A stretch of 63,836 nt of DNA, the filler included, from Acidimicrobiia bacterium (GTDB lineage: Bacteria; Actinomycetota; Acidimicrobiia; Spongiisociales; JAENVV01): NCBI GenBank assembly GCA_041577335.1. It is 4 parts of 4 records of this genome, joined end to end, with 100 filler letters (N's around TTAATTAATTAA, not from the genome) between each part and the next. Parts side by side here need not be neighbours in the genome. Positions count along the whole stretch, not along the records: positions 18,280 to 36,428 come from JBFGJH010000070.1; 3 more parts are not named here. One strand, written 5' to 3'. Positions within the stretch are counted from its first letter, which is position 1. Every line of letters begins with the position of its first letter. Position numbers and translations under genes: made by a program. The notes under the pieces are model-generated. The model was not told where the DNA came from, did no database searches, and worked only from the letters and a program-made list of their open reading frames with translations. Below, in pieces: positions 20,192 through 30,600 of the stretch.

Positions 20192-21118
20192 TCAGCTGAG
20201 CCCGTCCGACACGTCGATTCCCTCTGGCTCGATCTTGCGGCCTGCCGCTTCGGCCTCCTTGGTGAGGAGGGCAGCGAAGTCCTGGTCGCCGTAACCCAAC
20301 CCGATTCCCTCCTGCACGATCTGGTGAACGAGTGAAGTGGTGGGCAGGGGAACGTCGAGGTCTCGTCCGGCGCCGAGCCCCAACTCGAGGTCTTTGCGGA
20401 GCAGGTGCCACGTAAAGGTCGGCTTGTAGTCGAGGTTGACGAACGCAGGCGTCTTGTAGCGGGTGAAGGTCGATCCCATGACGCTCTCGTTGAGGAACTC
20501 CAAGAAGTCGGATCGCCGGACCCCGCCCGCTTCGGCCAGCATCGTGATCTCCGCGAGATTCTGCGTGACCACCCCCAAAAGCAGGTTGTGACAGATCTTG
20601 ACCAACCGAGCCTCGTCCCCGGACCCGACGTAGGTGACCTTTCGGCCAAAGTTCTCGAGGTAGGGAAGCACCACGTCGTGTGCGGCGCGAGGCCCTGAAG
20701 TAACCACAGTGAGTTCTCCAGACTTCACGACCTTCGGATTTCCGCTGACCGGAGCCGCCAGCACATCGACGCCGACCGCGGCCGCTTCATCCCGCAAGCG
20801 CGCCGACGTAGAAGGATCGATCGTGGTGGAGTCGACCAAGAACTTGGGCCGGACCTCTCCCGAGAGAACGCCGCTCGGCCCCATCGTCACGTCGAGGACG
20901 TCCTGCGGCCCGGCCACCATCGTGAAGACGATGTCTCGATCTGCCAAATCGCGTGGGCTGTCCACGACCACCGCGCCATGCTCGGCGAGCGCTTCGGCCT
21001 TCGAGCGGGTTCGGTTGTAGACGGCGACGTCCACGCCGGCCTCGAGGAGGCGGGTGGCAAGGGCGGAGCCCATACGACCAACGCCGATCCACCCGATGCG
21101 ATGGGGGTATTGCGACAT
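20192..21118 (-). CDS. Beta-hydroxyacid dehydrogenase (3-hydroxyisobutyrate/tartronate semialdehyde reductase family)
   Basis: GWIGVGRMG, YNRT, DSTTI, APVSG, catalytic KICHN and KDL. Confidence 0.88.
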   Translation of the reverse strand: MSQYPHRIGWIGVGRMGSALATRLLEAGVDVAVYNRTRSKAEALAEHGAVVVDSPRDLADRDIVFTMVAGPQDVLDVTMGPSGVLSGEVRPKFLVDSTTIDPSTSARLRDEAAAVGVDVLAAPVSGNPKVVKSGELTVVTSGPRAAHDVVLPYLENFGRKVTYVGSGDEARLVKICHNLLLGVVTQNLAEITMLAEAGGVRRSDFLEFLNESVMGSTFTRYKTPAFVNLDYKPTFTWHLLRKDLELGLGAGRDLDVPLPTTSLVHQIVQEGIGLGYGDQDFAALLTKEAEAAGRKIEPEGIDVSDGLS

Positions 21119-21142
21119 GTGAGGTCCTTTCCCGACTATTCG

Positions 21143-21162
21143 GCCTGCAATCGATTGTAGGC
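21143..21162. promoter_or_regulatory. LacI-type operator 1
   Basis: Near-perfect palindrome GCCTGCAATCGATTGTAGGC with a central CG. Confidence 0.65.
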
Positions 21163-21221
21163 GCGATTGTCGGCCGCCACGGTGTGGCTGTCAACTTCGA
21201 CCGTGTCACGGCGAATCGGTC

Positions 21222-21238
21222 CCTACAATCGATTGCCA
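21222..21238. promoter_or_regulatory. LacI-type operator 2
   Basis: CCTACAATCGATTGCCA has the same CAATCGATTG core, 78 bp from operator 1. Confidence 0.6.
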
Positions 21239-21287
21239 TGATCGACGTTTCCCCCCGCCGCCTCGCCGGCGCCCACTGAGCGCGGCA

Positions 21288-22028
21288 GTGGACGCCGGAC
21301 AGTTGGCGGCAGTCCTGCTCGCCGTCGGTGTGGGCTTCTTCACGAAGGGAGTGACCGGCATCGGTGGTCCACTGTTGGCCATTCCGGTCGCGGCGGCGTT
21401 CGTGGGAGTCGAGCATGCGGTAGCGGTCGTGGCAGTGCCCGGGCTGATGGGGAACCTGTGGCTCATGTGGGAGCATCGCTCGGAAGGGGCTTCGCTGGCG
21501 AGGTTGCTCGGGGTCTTCCTAGCCGTCGGCGCAGTCGGGGCGGTGGCGGGATCGTGGCTGCTGGTGTCGATCGACGAACGGGCGTTGACTTTGGCCCTGG
21601 CAGGGTCCGTGATCCTCTACATCGTTGCGTTCTTGGTCCAGCCGGAGCTGCACTTGACCGACCGCGGCGCCCAACTGATGGCCCCACCCATGGGCCTGGC
21701 TTCCGGGCTCCTACAGGGTGCGACCGGAATCTCAGCGCCTCCAGTGGTGATGTACATGCACTCCATCCGCCTGCCGAAGGGAGGTTTCGTCTTTGCGGTC
21801 TCGGCGCCATTCATGCTGTTCGGGGCGGTTCAAATCGTGTCGTTGGCGAGTTTGGGTGTCTACGACCGGGAACGATGGATCCAAGCGGTGATTGCGTGCC
21901 TCCCCCTGTTGATCGCTCTCCCGCTTGGCATCCGGCTTGGTCGCCGACTGTCGCAGGTGACCTTTGAGCGTATGGTGCTGGCTCTCCTGGCGGTCGTGGC
22001 AGCGAAGATGATCTGGGACAACATCTGA
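21288..22028 (+). CDS. TauE/SafE (TSUP) family exporter
   Basis: GFFTKGVTGIGG and a repeated GLLQGATGISAPP, with about eight TM helices. Confidence 0.85.
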   Translation: MDAGQLAAVLLAVGVGFFTKGVTGIGGPLLAIPVAAAFVGVEHAVAVVAVPGLMGNLWLMWEHRSEGASLARLLGVFLAVGAVGAVAGSWLLVSIDERALTLALAGSVILYIVAFLVQPELHLTDRGAQLMAPPMGLASGLLQGATGISAPPVVMYMHSIRLPKGGFVFAVSAPFMLFGAVQIVSLASLGVYDRERWIQAVIACLPLLIALPLGIRLGRRLSQVTFERMVLALLAVVAAKMIWDNI

Positions 22029-22068
22029 CTCGGTCGGCCTGGTCACCCGCTCACTCGAGGCGTCGGTG

Positions 22069-24606
22069 TCAGCTTCTCGGTTCGAGCAGGGCTTCGAGTG
22101 CTGTTTGCGCATTCGAGCGCGCCACCTCAGCCTTGAGACTGCGGCGCTTTATGGAGCGGAGATCGTTTTGAGCTTCGGTCAGCAACCGCTCGGTCAACTC
22201 GCTCGGCATGGCAGCGTGAGCCGCGCGCGCTTCCTCGACGTCGTAACGCACCGTCTGGAGCTGGTTGGTGAGCTTTCGGAGTCGCCGCTCGGCGGCCTCG
22301 AGGCGCTCCTCCGCCTCGGTGACTGCGGTGAATTTCTCGCTCTCTGGCCCCGCATCGAGGCTGATGGGTGCGCCGGCGGCAACGGCCGCGACAACGGGCT
22401 GGGCGGGGAACGATATGGCGACATCGCCGCCGGCCGGGTCGAGCATCTCGTTTGATCGGATTCTTATCGGTAGGAAGACGAGAGCTGCATCGGCGTAGAT
22501 TTGGGCGATCGAATGGGCGTCTCGCTCGGGCACGACCACCACCTCGGCTGCGATCCGCACTTCGTCGAGGAGGTCGACGAGTTCATCGCGTGTCGCCCCC
22601 TCCATATCGAGGCCGGCGAGTGCGATCAAGCGGATTGGAGCTCCTCGCCATTCGGTGGTTCGCGTGAACAGGTACGCGCTGAGCAGCGCCAGCCGGCCGG
22701 CGTCGTCGTCACTCCACCAAACGTCGATGCGCCGCTCAGCCGGGGGGATGGTCGCCAACCGATCCCACCGGCGGGCATCGGTGGACACGGCAACGACATG
22801 GACGCCAAGCCGGCGGATCTCCATGAGGGTGTTCCGGTAGTCGTCCGAATGCAGCGCATCTGGTTCCTCCGGCCAGCCAAACATCACCGTATTGGCTCGG
22901 AGAGGGCCGAGGCCAAAAGATTGCACGATGACTGGGAGCGCTTCCATGGCATCAGGCGCCAATACCGCCATGCAGTGAACATCATCGAGGCCTTCGGCCT
23001 CGATCTGGGCCTCCATGATTTCGAGCTCCTCTTCCTTCTCCCTCCGCTTCAAGGCTCCCGAGCCGACGACCACCTGCACGACGGCCGAGAGCCCGCTCGC
23101 TCCTTCCAGCCAAGAAGCGAAGCGCACGAGCCGGATCCGACGATCGGTGTTGGCCGAGAAGGCCAGCACCTGCGGTCGCCAGTTCCGGGCGGAGTCCGGC
23201 TCCCGGCTCATCATCAAGATGCTCTCCTTGGCACGCTGGAAATAGTGGGCCTGGCTGGCGTCAGCCCAGCGGTCCACCTGCGGACGTCGCCCGAGATATC
23301 GCTGGATCGCCAGCAGGACGATGATGGCGACCACTCCGGAGACCCAGTTGATGAGCAACATGGCTGCCAGGCACAAGACGGCTCCGGCCAGGCTGGCGTT
23401 CTGGTGGTAGAGCTTGAACCGCGGGCGGAATGATGGGCTCGAGGCGCGTGCCTCGTAATACGTCGCGTAGTTGAGCAGGCCATATGAAATGAGGAAGAAC
23501 ATCGACACGATCGGCGCAATGACGTTGAGGCTGCCGAGCGAGATGGTGATGAGCGCGATCGCCAGCGACAAAAGCACGCCATTGCGGGGGTTGTTGGTAT
23601 CGCCGTGTCCCTTGGCGAACACTTTCAGCACCGGGAAGATCCGATCGGCCGCAAGTGACTGAAGAATGCGCGGAGCACCGAGAAACGAAGCCATCGCCGA
23701 CGAGAGGGTGGCTGCAATCACTCCGAGCGAGACCAGGACTGGCATCGCCGCGACGTTTTCCATGGCGCCGGTATCCGATTCGAGGAGCGCCAGTGGCAAC
23801 GCCGCGGCGAGGAGCACCGCCGCAGCTACATAGACCACCGTCGAAATGCCGACCGCGGAGAATGTCCCGAGCGGCAGGCTCCGCCCCGGGTTCTTCAAGT
23901 CTCCGGACATGCTCACACCCTGCGTGAAGCCGGTGACGGCCGGGAAGAAGATGGCGAACACGACCCAAAACCCCAGGGTCCCGGTGGGCGCCGCCCACGC
24001 GGCAGCCAAGACGTCTGAGTCGTAGCGATCGAATGCGCCGACGAAGAAGGAGATGAGTGCTGCGACCAGGATCGTCATCACTCCGAATTGAAAACGGCTC
24101 GCCGCGTCGGCTCCCAGCCAGGCAAGGACGAACAGACCGATGACGGCGACAGCGGCTATGAGTTGGGAAGCCAGGGGCGACGTCCAGCCGAAGACGCTGG
24201 TCATCGCTTCGCCGAAGCCAATGGCATAGAACGCGATGGATACCGACTGCGCCAGGAATAGCACCACACCGAGCGCTCCGCCGAATTCGAGCCCCAACGT
24301 GCGGGAGATCAGGTAGTAGTCGCCGCCGCCTTTCACTTCGATGTTGGTGGCGATGGCCGCAAGGGATATGGATGTGAGCGTGGATAGGAGGGTGGCAATG
24401 CCGATGATGATCAGCGCATTGACGAGACCGGCGTTCCCAACGACGAACCCCAGCCGCAGGAACAGGATGATTCCCAGGATGGTGAGTATGGATGGTGTGA
24501 AGACACCGACGAAGGTTCCAAGGGTGCCGTTGCGTTCAGGCTGCGCCAAACGTGTCTCCTGTGTTGGCGCAGAACTGTACCGAGATCCGGAGTCGTTCTT
24601 CGTCAT
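22069..24606 (-). CDS. Cation-chloride cotransporter (SLC12/CCC-like) APC-family permease
   Basis: GTFVGVFTPSILTILGIILFLRLG, GGGDYYLISRTLG, FFPAVTG, SGDLKNP, PSFRPRF and NWRPQVL, plus a large cytoplasmic C-terminal domain. Confidence 0.85.
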   Translation of the reverse strand: MTKNDSGSRYSSAPTQETRLAQPERNGTLGTFVGVFTPSILTILGIILFLRLGFVVGNAGLVNALIIIGIATLLSTLTSISLAAIATNIEVKGGGDYYLISRTLGLEFGGALGVVLFLAQSVSIAFYAIGFGEAMTSVFGWTSPLASQLIAAVAVIGLFVLAWLGADAASRFQFGVMTILVAALISFFVGAFDRYDSDVLAAAWAAPTGTLGFWVVFAIFFPAVTGFTQGVSMSGDLKNPGRSLPLGTFSAVGISTVVYVAAAVLLAAALPLALLESDTGAMENVAAMPVLVSLGVIAATLSSAMASFLGAPRILQSLAADRIFPVLKVFAKGHGDTNNPRNGVLLSLAIALITISLGSLNVIAPIVSMFFLISYGLLNYATYYEARASSPSFRPRFKLYHQNASLAGAVLCLAAMLLINWVSGVVAIIVLLAIQRYLGRRPQVDRWADASQAHYFQRAKESILMMSREPDSARNWRPQVLAFSANTDRRIRLVRFASWLEGASGLSAVVQVVVGSGALKRREKEEELEIMEAQIEAEGLDDVHCMAVLAPDAMEALPVIVQSFGLGPLRANTVMFGWPEEPDALHSDDYRNTLMEIRRLGVHVVAVSTDARRWDRLATIPPAERRIDVWWSDDDAGRLALLSAYLFTRTTEWRGAPIRLIALAGLDMEGATRDELVDLLDEVRIAAEVVVVPERDAHSIAQIYADAALVFLPIRIRSNEMLDPAGGDVAISFPAQPVVAAVAAGAPISLDAGPESEKFTAVTEAEERLEAAERRLRKLTNQLQTVRYDVEEARAAHAAMPSELTERLLTEAQNDLRSIKRRSLKAEVARSNAQTALEALLEPRS

Positions 24607-24757
24607 TCGTGGCAGCGTTTTTCGCCGACCCGGCGTGGATGGAGATACGACCGGCACGAACCCGCCGATGCTCGCAGGGGTGGTCTCATGCACCATCGGT
24701 TGCTGCCACGCATCGCCACCACTAACACTCCGGCGAACCGTTCTCTATGGTGGCTGG

Positions 24758-25579
24758 ATGGAGATAGCGAAGGAGGTGGCTCCTCAGGTAGACCGGCTGG
24801 TTTGGAGCGTCAATTCCGCTCTTGGCCCGACCTACGGCGCCGAGCTGGACAAGCTTGCCGCCCGCCAGGGCCTCGACTCTCCCGACATGCTGGTGGCCCT
24901 CGCTGACTTCTTGTTGGAGGGTTCGCTGACGAGCACGCTGGTAGTGCTTCGGATGCGATACACGCCCCCGATCACGGTGTTGCAGCGGCTCGAAGAACTG
25001 GTGGCACGTGATTTTGTCGAGCTGTCGCGCAACGGGTTGGTCGCCACTCCCTCTCTGCGGCCGGTGCTCGAGGCAGTGGTCGACGGAAGAGCGGCAATCG
25101 CACGGAGCCTGTGGGAGGAGCACGGCTCGGACGTTGGCGTGGTGAGCGAGACGGCCCGCCGGGTGTCATTGGTCGCCTCCGGCGACCACGTCGTTGCCGT
25201 CGCGCACGGCCTGCTCACCGAGCCCACCGACGGCTATCTCCGGTTGTACCAGCGACTTCTGACGCTCCGCTACATCCGCCAGCATGATCACGCCGCCGCC
25301 TGGCAATCACGCGAGATATCGGCCGAGGAGATCGCGCTGCTGACGGCGCTGTGGAATGGCAGTGCCAGTGACGGAACCAGCCCGGCAGCATCGAAGCTGG
25401 TGGATCGTGGTTTGGCCGTCGGGAATCCACCCGGACTCACGCCGGCGGGGAGACAGCTGCGGGACGAGATCGAAACGGACACGAATCTCCGGAATCAGCG
25501 CAGCTTCGACGTCCTCTCTGACGAGGAGGCGATGCGTTTCTCCGAGGCGCTCCGCAGGCTTCCCGGGTCTCCCGGCTGA
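24758..25579 (+). CDS. Hypothetical protein (SCO6745-like, winged-helix repeats)
   Basis: LRYIRQHDHAAAW and LTPAGRQLRDEIETDTN pattern. Leaderless TATGGT-6nt-ATG. Confidence 0.6.
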   Translation: MEIAKEVAPQVDRLVWSVNSALGPTYGAELDKLAARQGLDSPDMLVALADFLLEGSLTSTLVVLRMRYTPPITVLQRLEELVARDFVELSRNGLVATPSLRPVLEAVVDGRAAIARSLWEEHGSDVGVVSETARRVSLVASGDHVVAVAHGLLTEPTDGYLRLYQRLLTLRYIRQHDHAAAWQSREISAEEIALLTALWNGSASDGTSPAASKLVDRGLAVGNPPGLTPAGRQLRDEIETDTNLRNQRSFDVLSDEEAMRFSEALRRLPGSPG

Positions 25580-25728
25580 CGACCGGTAACCGAGCCGCGA
25601 TGCGCTCTTGACTGGCCTCTCTTGACACGCCGCACTGAGGAGGTAGAGCCCCTCGGCCCGCACAGACTCGGGTCGAGAGGCTCCCTTGGTTGTTGAGACG
25701 CCACCGTCCGGATGATCGTTCTCTGCCT

Positions 25729-26472
25729 TCACCCACCGTCTGCGGCAACGCCATGCAACCGTTCGGCCACGAGTGGCGGCTGCCCCGCCAGCGCCTCGAA
25801 CGCGGCGGCGAGATCACCCGAGTCAGCGTCATGGATGCGTGCGAGGCGAACGGGTCGGTCCATGAGTCCCCACGCCAGTATTTCGGCTGCCTGCTCTTGG
25901 CCCCACCGCCCGGTCGGAACGGAAGAGTCGCGCCAGGTATCCAAGCTGCGGACCGCGAGGAAACGGTCACGGGCCGCTTGATCTGCAGTCAACTCGGCCC
26001 ACGCATGGCCGAGCTCGTGCAGCACGATCATGCGAGCACCTGACCCGGAAGGGGTCTCAACCGCGCAAAGTTCCACCCTGGGCGGTGGCCCCCAATAGAA
26101 CAACCCAGCGCTGCCAGCGCACGCTGAGCGGGTTTCGTGGATCGAGATGGTGAGCGCCGGAAGCGCCAAGCCGGCCTGCTCGAAGCGGTCGACCGCCCAG
26201 TCGACCAGCGCTCGTTGGTCCGGATCCGAGGCGGTGATCAGCAAACGCTCGTCCGGGTCAGCGACCCACGCGGCTTCGGCGAGGCCAGACAGGAGCACCG
26301 CTGACAAGACGAGTAGCGACGCCAGGGCAACCCAGCGCAAGCCAACGCGGCGCCGCCTCGGGGACACTGGAGCTGGTCCACCTTCGCCGACGGGTGAACC
26401 ACAGGGGAGAGCCACCCGTGCATCCACGAGTGACCCTCCGCCGTTGTTGCGTGGTGGAGCCAACACGGTCAT
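25729..26472 (-). CDS. Membrane-anchored or secreted HExxH zinc metallopeptidase-like protein
   Basis: Basic stretch plus hydrophobic helix, then VLHELGHAW and a downstream EQAAE. Confidence 0.6.
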   Translation of the reverse strand: MTVLAPPRNNGGGSLVDARVALPCGSPVGEGGPAPVSPRRRRVGLRWVALASLLVLSAVLLSGLAEAAWVADPDERLLITASDPDQRALVDWAVDRFEQAGLALPALTISIHETRSACAGSAGLFYWGPPPRVELCAVETPSGSGARMIVLHELGHAWAELTADQAARDRFLAVRSLDTWRDSSVPTGRWGQEQAAEILAWGLMDRPVRLARIHDADSGDLAAAFEALAGQPPLVAERLHGVAADGG

Positions 26473-26660
26473 GCCGGGTTCCTGGCGAAACGGCGGCCCT
26501 TGCCGTCATTGCGGCGCTGTTGGCGGCGTTCAAAGCGCAGTTCGGCGGCTGCGTTGCGGCGCTGCCTCAGCAGCGCCACGCTCAACCGTTCCCTGGCGGC
26601 GAACCGCCGATCTTCGGCCTGTTGCTGCTGGATCGCTTCGAGCAGGATGTCGCTGAACAT
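26469..26660 (-). CDS. Small Arg/Gln-rich hypothetical protein
   Basis: 63 aa with an AGGGGAAG RBS. Its stop overlaps the next gene's start (ATGA). Confidence 0.6.
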   Translation of the reverse strand: MFSDILLEAIQQQQAEDRRFAARERLSVALLRQRRNAAAELRFERRQQRRNDGKGRRFARNPA

Positions 26661-26720
26661 TTCTTCCCCTTTCCTGGGTGAGAGCCGGAAATTCCGGCCA
26701 CGTGTCCAAGGTCGGGGCGG

Positions 26721-26751
26721 GCGGTGAGGCGCCAGTTAGCGGCCGCTTAGG
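26721..26751. promoter_or_regulatory. Putative SARP-binding direct repeats (11-bp period)
   Basis: GCGGTGAGG (26721), CCAGTTAGC (26732) and CCGCTTAGG (26743). Confidence 0.45.
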
Positions 26752-26875
26752 CGCTCCGAATGGGCGACTGAGAGGCGTTGCGAGAGAAGGGGAAGGGCGC
26801 CGGTGGACCACGAATGAGGCCCGCTCTGTGGAGCGGGCCTCAGGTTCGGCGATTGCCGAGATGTTGTTCGGGCGT

Positions 26876-27514
26876 TCAGTCGGGTCCGTCGCCTTCGACC
26901 AGGTTCTCGGCGATGGCGTTGTAGCGGTCGCCGTATGTGTCCCATGCCGGGCCAAGTTTGCTCGTGGGCTCTGCGGGTGTGTTCCAGTAGGAGTTCTGAA
27001 ACACCCGGTCGGCTCCTTCGAGTTCGTCGAAGGTGGCAGCCGACGGCTTCTCGACGTAGCCCAGCATCACCTTGTCAGCCGTCTCCGACATGCTCGGAAC
27101 AGGTGGCTGCCCGTTGGCGAGATTCTCGAGTACACGTTCGTGGTAGTACACCGAAGGCGCCTGTGGTTCGAGTGCTGCATCGGCGATGCTGCGCTCGGCG
27201 GAGAGTTCCGCCTGTGCTTGGCGCTGTGCAGCTTGAATCGCCTGCACCTGGGCGACATGGTCGTTGATCTGGGCCAACCCAGTGGGCTCTTGGCCCGCGA
27301 TGAACTCGGCCAAGCCATTGAGCCGAGCCGCTTCGGCTTCGATTGCGGCCTGGCTACGCCCTGCTGGTTCTGTCGACCGAACGGTCACGGCAGCCACAGC
27401 CGTGACCACGATCACGAAGATCGCGACTCCCCCGAGAACCGCCTTCCACAGGCTCGTCCGGGGCTCTTGGGTCTGCTGCTCCTGGGAGCTTTTCCTTACT
27501 TGAAGATCGGTCAC
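26876..27514 (-). CDS. Single-TM hypothetical protein
   Basis: GTG start with an AGGGAGG RBS, one TM helix and a helical C-terminal region. Confidence 0.65.
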   Translation of the reverse strand: MTDLQVRKSSQEQQTQEPRTSLWKAVLGGVAIFVIVVTAVAAVTVRSTEPAGRSQAAIEAEAARLNGLAEFIAGQEPTGLAQINDHVAQVQAIQAAQRQAQAELSAERSIADAALEPQAPSVYYHERVLENLANGQPPVPSMSETADKVMLGYVEKPSAATFDELEGADRVFQNSYWNTPAEPTSKLGPAWDTYGDRYNAIAENLVEGDGPD

Positions 27515-27574
27515 GCCGTTCCTCCCTTTCCTTCTGCCATGTCTTTCATGGCTATGAGAGGAAGATGCCGCCTG

Positions 27575-27605
27575 CCGCTTAGGAGTCGATAAGCACCCGC
27601 TTAGG
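27575..27605. promoter_or_regulatory. Putative SARP-binding direct repeats (11/22-bp period)
   Basis: CCGCTTAGG at 27575 and 27597 (22 bp apart), with degenerate TCGATAAGC at 27586. Confidence 0.5.
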
Positions 27606-27699
27606 GCACCGGCCGAGGCTGGTTGGATATTCGACAGGGCATGGAACGCCCGCTCAGTAGGGTTGACGTACGCTGCCGGCCCGAGGAGGGAAGGACCAG

Positions 27700-30600
27700 A
27701 TGCATTTCTCAGTGCTTGGCCCTCTTCGCATCGAGGAAGAGGGCGCAGCCGTTGCGCTGTCTGCACCCCGCCAACGGAGCCTTCTTGGATTGCTCCTCGT
27801 CCACGCCAACGAGGTTGTCTCGACTGACCGGATACTGGAGGAGATCTGGGGGGACGAGCCGCCCGCCAGCGGGATCAAGACACTCCACTATCACGTGTCG
27901 AAGCTGCGAGATGCGCTTGGGTCTGGTGCCCGGCTCTTGACCCACCCACCCGGTTACCTGCTCGAAGCGGATCGCGACGAGTTCGATGTATTCGAGTTCG
28001 AGGACCTGGCATTTGCGGGCAAGAAGCAGCTCGCTGACGACCCCGAGCAGGCGGCCGAAGTGCTCGGCCGAGCACTTGAGCTGTGGCGCGGCGCGCCCTA
28101 TGCCGACTTCGCATACGAAGCGTTCGCCATTCCGGAGATCAACCGGCTGACGGTACTCCACCGCACCACCGTTGCGGATCGGGTCGAAGGCGATCTCGCA
28201 TGCGGCCGTCACCGCGAGCTGATCGCCGAGCTCGAAGGCCTGGTCGACGCGCACCCCTACGACGAGCGTTTTCGGGCGCAGCTCATGACCGCTCTCTATC
28301 GGTCCGGACGACAGGCCGACGCTCTCCAGGCGTACCAGGACGCTCGTGCGTTGCTCGGTGACGAGCTCGGGATTGATCCATCGGCGGAGCTCCAAGCATT
28401 GGAGGAACAGATACTCCTTCAGGCGCCTGAGTTGGCCTCGCCCTCTGCGTCCACCTCCGCATTCAATCTGCCGAGTTATCTCTCACGGTTCATTGGTCGA
28501 GTCGACGAGCTTGCGGCAATCGAGGCGCTTCTGGCATCGAACCGTCTTCTCACTCTCGTGGGGCTTGGCGGGATTGGGAAGACGCGGATGGTCATCGAGG
28601 CGGCCTCCGGTCGGACGGGTGCCCACCGACATGGAGTGACGATGGTCGATCTTTCCTCGACTCTCGACCCCGCGGCCGTGCCGCAGGCATTCGCCGACGC
28701 CTTCGGCCTCAGGGTGGAAGCGAGCACGTCTCTTGAGGACTCGATCGTTGCGTACCTTGGTCGCAGAGACATGCTCGTGGTGGTCGATAACTGCGAGCAG
28801 GTCCTCGCGGCGAGCGCACAGCTCATGCACCGGGTGCTGGTAGCCGCGCCCTCGGTAACTGTTCTCGCCACGAGCCGCGAGCCTCTCGGCATTCCCGGCG
28901 AAGTCACGTACCGGGTGCCCCCACTCGGGGTCGTCCCGGGCGACGCCGATCAGCTTCCCGACGCCCTTGGGTTGTTCGTCGACCGGGCTGAGCGACGGCG
29001 CAGTGATCTCGATCCCGATGACCGATTCAAAGCGATCGCTCTGCGGATTTGCGAGCGCCTGGATGGGATTCCTTTGGCAATCGAACTCGCTGCCGCCCGA
29101 TTGCGCGTGATGTCGATTGCCGAGCTGGAGCAAGGCCTGAACGACCGGTTCGTCATTCTCACGGGCGGCGACCGGACCGAGCCTCTTCGCCATCAAACCC
29201 TTCAGGCCACCCTCGACTGGAGCTATGAGTTACTCGATGTTGAGGAGCAGATGCTTCTACGGAGGCTGGCAGTGTTTCGAGGCGGCTTCGACTATCGAGC
29301 TTTCGCGTCGTGCGTCGGTGACCTGGTGAGTCGGCCTCCGCTCGACGTGCTCACACGGCTGTGCGATACCTCGATGGTCATGCCTGGTAGAGGAGAGCCG
29401 GCCCGCTACCGCCTTTTGGAGACAATTCGTGAGTACGCCGCCGAAAAGCTCGACGAGGCCGGCGAAGCCGATGACGCCCACGAACGGCATGCCCAGTATT
29501 ACGGGGAGATGGCAGTTCGGACGGATGAAGAGGCCTTGAGCGGCGATCGGGTGGCGGCCTTCGAGCGTCTCAGAGCGGACGAGGCCAACGTGAGGACGGC
29601 GATCGCTTGGGCTGTCACTCACGGGGCGGCCGCGCTTGCCCTGGATATCGCAGCTGCGACGGGGGAGTTCTGGTTCCACAGCGACCATATCCAGGCTCGG
29701 CGGCTCTTTGCTTTGGCGGTTGACGCTGCTGATGATCCCGATCCGACAACGCTGTTCACGGTGCTGGCCCATATGTCTCGGTTTGCCAACTGGGAGGGCA
29801 AGACCGACGAGGCCGACGCTCTGATTGCCCGCCAGCGAAGGTTGGCTCAGTCCACCGGCGATAGTCGGGCGCTGGCGCGATCGCTTGCCTCCCAGGGAGC
29901 AGTTGCGTGGACGCGAGGCAGCTTCACGCGGGCGCGAGAGTATCTGTCGGACGCTCTCAAAGAGATCGACGTTGCCGCCACCCCGGAGGCGGCCAAATGG
30001 CTCGCCCAAGTGTCGTGGTTGGCGACGTGGATGGGAGATCTGACCGAAGCCGAGCGTTGTATCGCGGAGCTGGAACGGCTCGCCTCTGGCCAAGAAGATC
30101 CCACGATCGAGGCTCGCATCGCCGATTGCCGCGGCACCATCCTGCTTCAGGTGGGCGAACTGGAGCGAGCTGCCGCCGAGCTCCGCCATGCCAGGCAGCT
30201 GTTCGCCAAGGTCGGCATGACGTTCAATGTGCTGGACATGCTCCAAAGCGAAGCGACGATCCTCATCGACCTCGAGCGCTATGACGAAGCCCAAGCCACG
30301 GTCGATCAGCTCTTGGCGCAAGCGCGCGAGGTTCATGACGCCCGCTCCGCGGCCAGAGGCGTGCTTCTGCAAGGCAGGCTGGAAGCCGAGCTAGGCGACC
30401 CGCAAGCGGCGGAGCGACGCTTGCGATCCTCGTTGCGGATGAGCGATGAAGCCGGCAACCGTGCCGGCGTACTTCTGGCTGTGCTGGCCTTGGCGTCGGC
30501 GGCGGACCGCCAGGACCGGCCAGATGAGGTACTGCGTCTGCATGGGATCGCCGAATCGATTCGGACAGAGCTGGCGATCGAGCTTCCGGCCGTGACCCAA

